DNA from: Candidatus Eiseniibacteriota bacterium
GTDB taxonomy: Bacteria; ARS69
Assembly (NCBI GenBank): GCA_052390515.1
Contig: JBQTGV010000036.1
Span: forward strand, 20,779 to 84,778
Direction: 5' to 3'
DNA length: 64,000 bases
The notes under the pieces were generated by a model that was given only the letters and a program-made list of their open reading frames with translations, was not told where the DNA came from and did no database searches. A program made the translations under genes and the position numbers. This document shows positions 17,986-27,041 of this stretch, in pieces (position 1 is the stretch's first letter; each line of letters opens with the position of its first letter).

Positions 17986-19508
17986 GGCCGCGCGTGTCGG
18001 AGAAGACGGTTCCGGCCGTTCGCGTGCGCGAATGCAGTGAGGCGCCGATCCGAGCGAACGGCTCCTACGTGCTGTACTGGATGATCGCCGCGCGCCGCGC
18101 GCGCTGGAACTTCGCGCTGGACCGGGCCGTGGAGCTGGCCCGCGAGCTGGGACGGCCGCTGCTCGTGCTCGAGGCGCTGCGCTGCGGCCACCGCTGGGCG
18201 AGCGATCGCATCCACCGCTTCGTGATCGACGGGATGCGCGACAACCGCACCGCGTTCGAGAAGTCCGGCGTGGCCTACTACCCCTACGTGGAGCCCGAGC
18301 ACGGTGCCGCCCGCGGGATGCTCCACGTCCTGGCGGCCGACGCGTGTGTCGTGGTGACCGACGACTTCCCTTGCTTCTTCCTGCCGCGCATGGTGGCGTC
18401 GGCCGCGCGCCGTCTTCCGATCCGACTCGAGGCGGTGGACTCGAACGGGCTGCTGCCGCTTCGAGCGGCGGAGCGCGTCTACGGCCGCGCCGTCGACTTT
18501 CGCCGCTTCCTGCAGCGGGAGCTGCCGCGGCATCTGGACCACGGGCCGAGGAGCCGGCATCGCCCCGCCGCCCTGCCACGGCTCGACCGGCTGCCGCCGC
18601 AGGTGACGGAGCGCTGGCCGGCCGCCGACCTCGGCGGGCTAGCGAGAGCGACGGCTCTCGAGAACTTTCCGATCGATCACGCGGTTCGACCGGTACCGTT
18701 CGAGGGCGGCTCGCGGGCGGGTGAGCGAGCGCTTCGGTCGTTCCTGGGGGAGCGGATGGCGTCGTACGGGGCGGCCGGCGGCCGGCGGGACAGGGCGGGC
18801 AGCGGGCTGTCTCCGTACCTCCACTTCGGACACGTCTCGCCGCACCAGATCCTGGCCGGTCTGGCCTCGCGCGAGGAGTGGAGCACGGAGTCCGTCGCCC
18901 GCCGGGCCGACGGGAAGCGGGAAGGATGGTGGGGCATGAGCCCGGCAGCGGAGGCCTGGCTGGAACAGCTCGTGACCTGGAGGGAGCTGGGCTACAACTT
19001 CTGCGCGCGTCGCGCGGACTACGACCGCTTCGCCTCGCTGCCGTCGTGGGCACTGGACACGCTCGAGAAGCACGGCGGCGATCCGCGCCTCCACGTCTAC
19101 ACCGCCGAGCAGTTCGAGCACGCCGCCACCCACGACGAACTCTGGAACGCGGCGCAGGAACAGCTGCGCACCGAGGGGCGGATCCACAACTACCTGCGCA
19201 TGCTCTGGGGGAAGAAGATCCTGCACTGGACCGCGGATCCCGAGCAGGCCGTCGAGATCATGATCGAGCTCAACAACAAGTACGCCATCGACGGGCGAAA
19301 CCCGAACTCGTACAGTGGCATCTTCTGGACGCTCGGAAGGTATGACCGACCCTGGCCGGAGCGGCCGGTGTTCGGGACCGTCCGCGCCATGTCGAGCAGG
19401 AACACTCGCCGGAAAATGAACGTAGACGACTACGTGAACCGCTGGGGCGGAGCGCACGCCGCCGGCGGCCGCGCGAGCACCCCCACGAGGAGGGTCGGCG
19501 GCGAATGA
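17982..19508 (+). CDS. Class II CPD photolyase
   Basis: VLYWM, SGLSPYLHFG, HNYLRMLWGKKI and DGRNPNSYSGIFW. Confidence 0.93.
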   Translation: MRPRVSEKTVPAVRVRECSEAPIRANGSYVLYWMIAARRARWNFALDRAVELARELGRPLLVLEALRCGHRWASDRIHRFVIDGMRDNRTAFEKSGVAYYPYVEPEHGAARGMLHVLAADACVVVTDDFPCFFLPRMVASAARRLPIRLEAVDSNGLLPLRAAERVYGRAVDFRRFLQRELPRHLDHGPRSRHRPAALPRLDRLPPQVTERWPAADLGGLARATALENFPIDHAVRPVPFEGGSRAGERALRSFLGERMASYGAAGGRRDRAGSGLSPYLHFGHVSPHQILAGLASREEWSTESVARRADGKREGWWGMSPAAEAWLEQLVTWRELGYNFCARRADYDRFASLPSWALDTLEKHGGDPRLHVYTAEQFEHAATHDELWNAAQEQLRTEGRIHNYLRMLWGKKILHWTADPEQAVEIMIELNNKYAIDGRNPNSYSGIFWTLGRYDRPWPERPVFGTVRAMSSRNTRRKMNVDDYVNRWGGAHAAGGRASTPTRRVGGE

Positions 19509-20581
19509 TCTGGGTCTGGATCGCATTCATCTCGCTCGTGCTGGCGCTTCTGGCGCTGGATCTCGGCGTGTTCCACCGCCGCGCGCGGGAGGTGAGCGTG
19601 AGGGAGGCCGTCGGCTGGTCGGCCGTGTGGCTGACCCTCGGACTGAGCTTCTCCCTGTTCGTGCGCCTGGCGTACGACGCGAAGTGGTTCGGCCTCGGTG
19701 ACACCGTCGACGCGACGGACGGGGCAGTGCTCGACGGCGCGGCCGCGATGGAGAAGTACCTGACCGGGTACATCGTCGAGAAGTCGCTCAGCGTCGACAA
19801 CATCTTCGTGATCGCCGTGGTGTTCGGGTTCTTCGCCGTGCCGGCGATCTACCAGCACCGCGTGCTGTTCTGGGGCATACTCGGCGCGCTGCTGATGCGC
19901 GGTGTGATGATCGCCGTCGGCGCGAAGCTCATCGCCGAGTTCCACTGGGTGCTCTACGTCTTCGCCGCGTTCCTGATCCTGACCGGCCTCAAGATGCTGA
20001 CGGCGAAGACGGAGCACTCCGACCCGAACCGCAACATCGTGGTGCGGCTGACGCGCCGGCTCTTCCCGGTGACCGCGCGGCTGCACGGGGAGCACTTCGT
20101 GGTGCGGGCGGGGGATCCGTCCTCGTACGAGGCCGAGCTGCCCGGAAGACCGGCCGTTCCGGACGAGGTCGTGGACCGGGCGAAGCCGGGCACGCTGCTG
20201 CTCACGCCGCTCGCGCTGGCGCTGGTCATGGTGGAGACGACGGACCTCATCTTCGCGGTGGACTCGATCCCCGCGATCTTCGCCATCACCGCGGACCCGT
20301 TCCTGGTCTTCACCAGCAACGTCTTCGCCATCCTCGGGCTGCGGTCGCTGTACTTCGCCCTGGCCGGGATGGTCGGTAAGTTCAAGTACCTGAAGGCCGC
20401 CCTTGCGCTGGTGCTGGTGGTCGTGGGAGGGAAAATGCTGGTCGCCAAGCAGCTCAAGGCCGCGCTCGGGGAGAGCTTCAACCTGTGGCTGCTGGCCGTG
20501 GTGCTGTCGATCCTAGCGTGCGGGGTCGGCGCATCCCTGATCTCGGAACGCCGGGCGACGCGACGCGCGGCGGCCCGCTGA
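19505..20581 (+). CDS. TerC/Alx family membrane protein
   Basis: EKSLSVDNIFV, QHRVLFWGI and DLIFAVDSIPA. Confidence 0.95.
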   Translation: MIWVWIAFISLVLALLALDLGVFHRRAREVSVREAVGWSAVWLTLGLSFSLFVRLAYDAKWFGLGDTVDATDGAVLDGAAAMEKYLTGYIVEKSLSVDNIFVIAVVFGFFAVPAIYQHRVLFWGILGALLMRGVMIAVGAKLIAEFHWVLYVFAAFLILTGLKMLTAKTEHSDPNRNIVVRLTRRLFPVTARLHGEHFVVRAGDPSSYEAELPGRPAVPDEVVDRAKPGTLLLTPLALALVMVETTDLIFAVDSIPAIFAITADPFLVFTSNVFAILGLRSLYFALAGMVGKFKYLKAALALVLVVVGGKMLVAKQLKAALGESFNLWLLAVVLSILACGVGASLISERRATRRAAAR

Positions 20582-20617
20582 CTCGCCCGCAAGGACAGAA
20601 TCGAGGAGGGTTCGCCC

Positions 20618-21046
20618 ATGGATCGCACGGCGGAAGCGAAGTGGAACGGGGATCTCAAGTCCGGGCGAGGCACGGTGCGGGTCGGAAGCGGAGCCTTCGA
20701 AGGACCGTACTCCTTCACGAGCCGCTTCGAGAGCGGATCGGGGACCAACCCGGAGGAGCTGCTCGGCGCGGCGCACGCCGGCTGCTTCTCGATGGCGCTG
20801 TCGCACGCGCTGGCGACGAGCGGCCACGTACCCACCAGCGTGACGACGAAGGCCACGGTGCACCTGGCGAAGGTCGGGGCCGCCTTCGCCATCACCGGGA
20901 TCGACCTCAGCACGCGGGGCGTCGTGCCCGGGCTGACCGCCGCGGAGTTCCAGCGCTTCGCGGAGGACGCGAAAGTAGACTGCATCGTGTCGAGGGCGCT
21001 CGCCTCGGTACCGATGCGCCTGGACGCGCAGCTCTCGGAGCCCTGA
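20618..21046 (+). CDS. osmC: OsmC peroxiredoxin
   Basis: GTNPEELLGAAHAGCFSMAL and CIVSRAL. Confidence 0.92.
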   Translation: MDRTAEAKWNGDLKSGRGTVRVGSGAFEGPYSFTSRFESGSGTNPEELLGAAHAGCFSMALSHALATSGHVPTSVTTKATVHLAKVGAAFAITGIDLSTRGVVPGLTAAEFQRFAEDAKVDCIVSRALASVPMRLDAQLSEP

Positions 21047-21072
21047 CAGAAGGCACTCCGGAAGGAGGGACG

Positions 21073-21438
21073 ATGATCCGCGGACTTCGCACGGCGATCT
21101 ATCCGACGCCGGATCTCGCCCGGGGCAAGGCGTGGTACCGGAAGGTGCTCGAGCGGGAGCCGTATTTCGATCAGCCGTTCTACGTGGGCTTCGCGGTCGG
21201 CGGCTTCGAGCTCGGGTTGATTCCGGACGGGGAGCCCGGCGCCGGCGGGGTGCAGGCCTACTGGGGAGTTCCGGACGCCGCCGCGGAAGTCGCGCGCTTG
21301 ACGGCGCTCGGCGGGCAGGTGCACGCGCCGGTCAAGGACGTCGGCGAAGGCATCAAAGTGGCGTCGGTCCGGGATCCGTTCGGCAACGTCTTCGGGATCA
21401 TCGAGAACCCGCACTTCGACCCGGCCGAAGTGCGATGA
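21073..21438 (+). CDS. VOC family protein
   Basis: PYFDQPFYVGF and DPFGNVFGIIENP; AGGAGG RBS. Confidence 0.9.
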   Translation: MIRGLRTAIYPTPDLARGKAWYRKVLEREPYFDQPFYVGFAVGGFELGLIPDGEPGAGGVQAYWGVPDAAAEVARLTALGGQVHAPVKDVGEGIKVASVRDPFGNVFGIIENPHFDPAEVR

Positions 21439-21469
21439 CGAGCGCGGCCCGCGCGGCGGATGCGCGCGG

Positions 21470-21910
21470 ATGAGCACGCCGGCGACCAACGCGGGCTGGG
21501 CGATCCGCCCTCTCGGCGCGGACGACGCCGAGGCGGTGCGGCAGTTGTGGGCGTCCACCGAGGGACTGGGCGTGGGACCCGGCGACACGCCGGAATCCCT
21601 CGGCCGCTTCGTGGAACGCAACCCCGGCCTCTCACTCGTGGCGGTGGACGCCGGTCGGATCGTCGCGGCGGTCCTGTGTGGGCACGACGGCCGCCGCGGG
21701 ACCATCTATCGCCTCGCGGTGGCGGCGACGCACCGTCGCGGCGGCGTCGCGACGGCGCTCGTGACGCGCTGTCTGTCGGGCCTGCGCGCCCAGGGAATCG
21801 TGAAGTGCCACGCGTTCGTTCTCACGGACAACGACGACGCCGGTCGATTCTGGGCGGCCGTCGGTGCTCGGGCGCGCACCGACCTGGTGATGCACTCCAT
21901 GCCGACCTGA
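21470..21910 (+). CDS. GNAT acetyltransferase (YpeA-like)
   Basis: GHDGRRG, HRRGGVA and FW motif. Confidence 0.88.
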   Translation: MSTPATNAGWAIRPLGADDAEAVRQLWASTEGLGVGPGDTPESLGRFVERNPGLSLVAVDAGRIVAAVLCGHDGRRGTIYRLAVAATHRRGGVATALVTRCLSGLRAQGIVKCHAFVLTDNDDAGRFWAAVGARARTDLVMHSMPT

Positions 21911-21922
21911 CGAGGGCGCCCG

Positions 21923-22729
21923 ATGTCGTCCACGATCGCATCGCTCGCTCCGACCGTCGCGCGGCTGTTCGGCGCGGCCCCGCCCGGGCTGGCCGGGGAG
22001 CCGCCGCTCGCCGCGGTCCTGGATGGCCGGGAGCGCGTGATGAGAGGCGAGCCGATCGAACGCTGCCTCGTGTTCTGTCCGGACGCGCTCGGCGCCGGGA
22101 TCTGGGGGCGATGCCCCGAGCTGGCCGGCTCCGTCACGAAGCACGCCGGACTGTGCGTTCTCCTGTCGTCGGTTCTGCCGCCCCGGACGCCGGTCTGCTT
22201 CGCCTCCATGTTCACCGGCGGGCAGCCCGAACAGCACGGCATCCGCACCTACGAGCGCCCGGTCCTGACCTGCGACACGCTGTTCGACGCGCTGGCGCGG
22301 GTGGGCAGGAGGACGGCGATCGTCGCGGTCGAGCGGAGCAGCATCGACCTCATCTTCCGGGGCCGGGACATCGACTACTGGTCCGAGCGATACGACGCCG
22401 AGGTCCTGGAGCGCGCGATCACAGTCGTCGGCGACGACCGGCACGATCTGGTCGTCGTCTACCAGCAGGAGTACGATGACCGCTTGCACGAGACGGAGCC
22501 GTTCTCGGAAGCGTGCCTCCGTGCGGTGGAGCGTCACGTCGGCGCGTTCGTGACGCTCGCGGAGACGGTCTCCCGGGCGTGGCGCCGGCATCACCGCGCC
22601 GTCGTCTTCGCTCCGGATCACGGGGCTCACTTCGACCCGCAGACCGGACGCGGCGATCACGGTCTGGACATCGCCGAGGACATGGAAGTGTCCCACTGGT
22701 ACGGCCTGAGTGCGGGGGAGCGGAAGTGA
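21923..22729 (+). CDS. Alkaline phosphatase superfamily protein
   Basis: DALG, Thr nucleophile in RTPVCFASMFTG, DDRLH and APDHG. Confidence 0.75.
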   Translation: MSSTIASLAPTVARLFGAAPPGLAGEPPLAAVLDGRERVMRGEPIERCLVFCPDALGAGIWGRCPELAGSVTKHAGLCVLLSSVLPPRTPVCFASMFTGGQPEQHGIRTYERPVLTCDTLFDALARVGRRTAIVAVERSSIDLIFRGRDIDYWSERYDAEVLERAITVVGDDRHDLVVVYQQEYDDRLHETEPFSEACLRAVERHVGAFVTLAETVSRAWRRHHRAVVFAPDHGAHFDPQTGRGDHGLDIAEDMEVSHWYGLSAGERK

Positions 22730-23175
22730 GCGCCGTGCGCGTCGTCGCTGCCGGCGCTGCCGCGGCGTTCGCGTGGTGGATCGGGCTGATCCTCGTGTTC
22801 GGGCCCGCTCAGGCGCTGCTCGCCGATCCGGATCTGCAGAGTGCGAAGTTCCTCGCCGCGTTCTCGGAGCCGCCGCTCCCGCGAATGGCCGAGCAGCCCG
22901 TCGTGCTCCCGATCGGGCTCCTCGTCATCGGACTGGTCCACGCCCTGGCGTACCGCTGGGCGGGCCGCAGGTTCCCGGGGCCGCCGTGGCGGCGCGGGCT
23001 CGCGTTCGGGGCGCTGGCCTGGGCGCTGATGGTTCCCTGGTTCGAGTTTTACCTGCCGTGGAACGTGATGCTCGAACCGCTGCCGCTCGTGCTGCTGGAG
23101 GCCGCCTGTTGGTTCCTGGTCCTTCTCCTCGTCGGCGTGGTGACCGCGGTCGTCCACGACGCAGCGCGCCGCTGA
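22726..23175 (+). CDS. Hypothetical membrane protein
   Basis: About 4 hydrophobic helices; GTGA overlap. Confidence 0.75.
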   Translation: MSAVRVVAAGAAAAFAWWIGLILVFGPAQALLADPDLQSAKFLAAFSEPPLPRMAEQPVVLPIGLLVIGLVHALAYRWAGRRFPGPPWRRGLAFGALAWALMVPWFEFYLPWNVMLEPLPLVLLEAACWFLVLLLVGVVTAVVHDAARR

Positions 23176-23229
23176 TTTCGAGCCGCGTGGTATCTTTCCG
23201 GGGTCTATCCACTGGAGGGAAGGTGAGCC

Positions 23230-23775
23230 ATGTCCGAGTTCGCGAATCCCGCGGTCGGGGCGCCGGACCAAGCGCACGCGTACACCACCGCCATCCTCGG
23301 CATCCTCGGCCAGCGCGACCCCTTCGACGTGCTCCGAAAGACGCCCGCGGAGCTGCGCAGCGCGGCATCCGGCGTGCCGCCGGCACTGCTCTCCACTCCG
23401 GAGAAGCCCGGCAAGTGGTCGATGCTGCAGGTCGTGCAGCACCTCGCGGACACGGAGATGGTCGGCGGTTTCCGCTGGCGGATGATCCTGGCCGAGGACA
23501 GGCCGAAGCTGCAGGGCTTCGACCAGGATCTCTGGGCCGAGCGGCTGCGCTACGCGGAGTCCGACCTCGCGACGGCGCTCGGCCAGTTCGAGGCGCTCCG
23601 CCGCGCGAACCTCGCCGTCCTGGAGCGCACGTCTCCGCGCGAGCGCGAGCGCATCGGCCTGCACTCGGAGCGCGGCGAGGAGAGCGTCGCGCACATGATC
23701 CGCATGTACGCCGGCCACGACCTTGCTCATCTCCGCCAGATCGCGCGCGTGCGTCGGGCGGTCACCGGGAGCTGA
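23230..23775 (+). CDS. DinB/YfiT family protein
   Basis: PGKWS..QVVQHLADTE and AGHDLAHLRQI. Confidence 0.9.
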   Translation: MSEFANPAVGAPDQAHAYTTAILGILGQRDPFDVLRKTPAELRSAASGVPPALLSTPEKPGKWSMLQVVQHLADTEMVGGFRWRMILAEDRPKLQGFDQDLWAERLRYAESDLATALGQFEALRRANLAVLERTSPRERERIGLHSERGEESVAHMIRMYAGHDLAHLRQIARVRRAVTGS

Positions 23776-23778
23776 CTC

Positions 23779-24765
23779 CTGCCACCGCTCACCAGGCGCT
23801 TCGTCGGGCTCGCGCTTCTGGCGGGCGCGGTGTGGGGTGTGGTCGCGCTGGCGCTCGGTCACCGCGCCCTGGGTAGGCCGATCTGGGGAGGCGTGATCGC
23901 ATCACCCCTCATCGGGGTGGCGGTCGGCGTCGGCTTCCGCTGGACGCGGGGCCTGGGAACGGCGCCTCGGGTGCTCGCGTCTCTGCTCAGCCTGTGCGTC
24001 GCGGCCACACTGTTCGGCTTGGCGGTGGGCCTGTTCGATCTCGCCAGCGGAGCGCCGCGGCGCGTGGTGAGCGAAGTGATCCTGCAGCCCGTGCCCGCGG
24101 TCCTCTGGGCCGTCACCATCGGCGGCTTCTTCCTGTTCCTCTGGCCGATGTCGTACGCGAGTCACGCGCTGCTCGACCGCGTCTCCGACGTCGCCCCCCG
24201 CGCACGCATCGACTCCGACTCCGTCGGGGATCCCTGGCGATACCGCACGCTGGACGATCTGGGGAGCGCGCTCGAGCGCCTGCCGGCGGCGCCGCGGGAC
24301 CAAGGGCGCGTCTCGTTGATCGTCCGGCGGGGCGAAGGCGGCCGCCGCGAGATCGTGCGGCGGATCCGGCTGACGCCGGAGGAAGGCGTCCCCGGCGACG
24401 CGTGGGGCCGGCAGGACGACGCGAACCCCGAGGCGCAGATCGCCGTGATGCAGACCGGCGTGGCCTCGCTCATCGCCAACGGCCAGCCGCTGGAGCTCTT
24501 CGGCGACAACCTGTTCGTCGAGCTCGATCTCTCCAGGGGGAACCTGCCGGAGGGCGCGCGGCTCCGCGCCGGCGGCGCGACACTCATGGTGACGCCCAAA
24601 CCCCACAACGGCTGCAGGAAGTTCAGGGCCCGTTTCGGGGACGACGCGTTGCGCTTCGTCTCCAAGCCGGAGCAGCGGCATCTCAACCTGCGCGGAATCT
24701 ACCTTCGCGTCACGGAGTCGGGCGAAGTGCGCCAGGGCGATGTCGTCGAGATCCTCCAGCGATAG
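23779..24765 (+). CDS. TM domain fused to a MOSC domain (start CTG23779 or GTG23830)
   Basis: About 4 N-terminal TM helices; FGDNLFV, PHNGCRKF and RGIYLRVTESGEVRQGD. Confidence 0.8.
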   Translation: MPPLTRRFVGLALLAGAVWGVVALALGHRALGRPIWGGVIASPLIGVAVGVGFRWTRGLGTAPRVLASLLSLCVAATLFGLAVGLFDLASGAPRRVVSEVILQPVPAVLWAVTIGGFFLFLWPMSYASHALLDRVSDVAPRARIDSDSVGDPWRYRTLDDLGSALERLPAAPRDQGRVSLIVRRGEGGRREIVRRIRLTPEEGVPGDAWGRQDDANPEAQIAVMQTGVASLIANGQPLELFGDNLFVELDLSRGNLPEGARLRAGGATLMVTPKPHNGCRKFRARFGDDALRFVSKPEQRHLNLRGIYLRVTESGEVRQGDVVEILQR

Positions 24766-24774
24766 GGGGGTGAC

Positions 24775-25263
24775 ATGACGCGTTCCGGAATCGACCCGCG
24801 CGTGGACATCGGCCACGTGCACCTCAAGGTCGCGGATCTCGAGCGGGCGCTGGCGTTCTACTGCGGCGTCCTCGGCTTCGAGCTGACGCAGAAGATGGGC
24901 GATCAGGCGGCGTTCGTCAGCGCCGGCGGATATCATCATCATATCGGGCTGAACACGTGGGAGAGTCTGCGCGGCGCGCCGCCGCCGCGAGGGTCGACCG
25001 GGCTCTATCACCTGGCCATCCGCTATCCCGACCGCGCCAGTCTGGCGGACGCGCTGCGGCGCGTTCGGGCGGCGGGGATTCCGCTCGACGGCGCCGCGGA
25101 CCACGGGGTCAGCGAGGCGCTCTACTTGCGGGATCCGGACGGAAAAGGCGTCGAGCTGTACCGGGATCGCCCTCGCGAGGAGTGGCCGCGCACCACGAGC
25201 GGCGAGCTCTCCATGTACACCCGCCCGCTCGATCTCGTCGGGCTCCTGTCCGTGCTCGAGTGA
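24775..25263 (+). CDS. VOC family protein (CatE-like)
   Basis: IGHVHLKV, GGYHHHIGLNTW and DHGVSEALYLRDPDG. Confidence 0.92.
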   Translation: MTRSGIDPRVDIGHVHLKVADLERALAFYCGVLGFELTQKMGDQAAFVSAGGYHHHIGLNTWESLRGAPPPRGSTGLYHLAIRYPDRASLADALRRVRAAGIPLDGAADHGVSEALYLRDPDGKGVELYRDRPREEWPRTTSGELSMYTRPLDLVGLLSVLE

Positions 25264-25270
25264 CTTCGCC

Positions 25271-26041
25271 GTGAGCGTCCGCTACGACGAGGAGTCGGCC
25301 GACTACCGCGATCTGTGGGCGCCGGTCCTGCGCACGGCCGGCCTTCGCCTCCTTTCCGCACTGGGTGGCGCCGGAACGAAGCGGATCCTCGACGTCGGCA
25401 CCGGGGTGGGGACGCTCCTCCCGGACCTCGAGGCGAAGTTCCCCGGCTCGCTCCTCGTCGCGGTGGACCGGTCCGCCGGGATGCTTCGGCTGGCACCGTC
25501 CCGTTTCGCCCGCGTGGTGATGGACGCGGGCAACCTCGCCGTGGCGTCGGCCAGCGTCGACCTCGCGCTGCTCGCCTTCATGCTCTTCCACATGTCGTCG
25601 CCGCGGGACGCCCTGGCGCACGTTCGCCGTGCGCTTCGCCCGGGGGGCCGAGCAGGCCTCGTGACGTGGCGCCGCGAGCTCGCCTCCCCCGCGATACGCA
25701 TCTGGACGGACTGTCTCGACCGGCATGGCGCCGCGCCCATCGATCCGGCCACGGAAACGCGACACGAGGCCCTCGATTCCCCCGGCAAGCTAGAGGCCCT
25801 GCTGCGAGAGAGCGGTTTCCACGATGTCACGGCGTGGGACGAGGAGCTGGCGCACTCGATCGGCTCGGAGCACCTCCTGCTCCTCCGGACCCGGATGGGC
25901 TCCTCGCGGGACCGCTTCGAGAGCCTCGGATCGGACGCGCAGGCGAGCTGCGTGGCGGAGGCCCGACGCCGGATGGGCGCGCTCGGGACCGCGGACTTCG
26001 TCGCGCGCGGGAGGGTGGTCTACGCCGTCGGCCGTGCATGA
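25271..26041 (+). CDS. Class I SAM-dependent methyltransferase
   Basis: ILDVGTGVG and LRPGG. Confidence 0.88.
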   Translation: MSVRYDEESADYRDLWAPVLRTAGLRLLSALGGAGTKRILDVGTGVGTLLPDLEAKFPGSLLVAVDRSAGMLRLAPSRFARVVMDAGNLAVASASVDLALLAFMLFHMSSPRDALAHVRRALRPGGRAGLVTWRRELASPAIRIWTDCLDRHGAAPIDPATETRHEALDSPGKLEALLRESGFHDVTAWDEELAHSIGSEHLLLLRTRMGSSRDRFESLGSDAQASCVAEARRRMGALGTADFVARGRVVYAVGRA

Positions 26042-26070
26042 GCTCCGGCGAACCTGCTATCGTTGCGCGC

Positions 26071-26688
26071 ATGAGTACCCGCGAGCACTGGGAGTCGGTC
26101 TACCGGCGCAAGTCGCCCGGCGACGTGAGCTGGTATCGCCCTCACCTGGATCGTTCGCTCGAGTTCATCGGGGCCGCGCGTCTCGCCCGTGGTGCGGCCA
26201 TCGTCGACGTCGGGGGCGGCACGTCGACGCTCGTCGACGATCTGCTGGAGCTGGACTTCACCGATGTCGCCGTCCTGGACATCTCCGAGGCCGCGGTGAC
26301 GGCGGCGAAGCAACGACTCGGCGAGCGGGCGGAGCGCGCCGCATGGATCGTCGGCGACGTGACGCAGGTGGAGCTGCCCGAACACCGCTGGGACTTCTGG
26401 CACGACCGAGCCGTGTTCCACTTCCTCATGGACGAGATAGCGAGACACCGCTACATCGCCGCCGTCGGCCGTGCACTGAAACCGGGCGGTCACATCGTCG
26501 TCGCCACGTTCGGTCCGGAGGGGCCGACCCGTTGCAGCGGTCTCGAGGTGATGCGCTACTCCCCGGACTCGCTGCACGGGGAGTTCGGTCCGAGCTTCGA
26601 GAAGATCGGTAGTGCCGTAGAGACTCACGTGACGCCGTGGGGGTCCGAGCAGGAGTTCATCTATTGCTTCTGCCGGATGCCGCGGTAG
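26071..26688 (+). CDS. Class I SAM-dependent methyltransferase
   Basis: HWESVY, VDVGGG, WHDRAVFHFL and GPTRCSGL. Confidence 0.92.
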   Translation: MSTREHWESVYRRKSPGDVSWYRPHLDRSLEFIGAARLARGAAIVDVGGGTSTLVDDLLELDFTDVAVLDISEAAVTAAKQRLGERAERAAWIVGDVTQVELPEHRWDFWHDRAVFHFLMDEIARHRYIAAVGRALKPGGHIVVATFGPEGPTRCSGLEVMRYSPDSLHGEFGPSFEKIGSAVETHVTPWGSEQEFIYCFCRMPR

Positions 26689-26795
26689 TACCAGAGGTGT
26701 CACCGCTCGCCGCGACTGGCCCGCCGTAGCGCGCCGTTGACCTGCGTGGATCTCGCCGGTACCCTCGGCACGGCCGATGTCGTGTGGAGGAAGGG

Positions 26796-27041
26796 ATGGA
26801 TGCCGAGCAGCTGCGCGCCTTGCAGGCGCCTCTGAAGGAGCGCTACCGGAAGGATCCCGGCGCCGCGCGAATCACCTTGTGCTCCGAGGGCCGCGTCGGC
26901 GAAGGCGTCACCTGCTGCACGGACGCCGCGCCCGAGGAAGTGCGGACGCTGCTGCGCCTCACCGAGCGCTACTGCGTCGTGTACCAGACGCTGTGTCGGG
27001 CTCCCGAAATCGCGGTCTCGTACGAGACGTCGGCCGGCTGA
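26796..27041 (+). pseudogene. Internally deleted OsmC-family gene (81 aa)
   Basis: LRALQAPLKERYR...GVTC joined in frame to TDA...LLRLTERYCVVYQTL; central Cys-containing segment absent. Confidence 0.75.

Noticed and set aside
23773-23775. In-frame TGA between DinB and TM-MOSC as selenocysteine readthrough
   Set aside because: DinB ends at its normal length, the position is not a conserved Cys, and I see no convincing SECIS hairpin
26777-27037. N-terminal extension of SulP in the ORF track
   Set aside because: It overlaps the OsmC-like remnant in another frame and shows no SulP similarity
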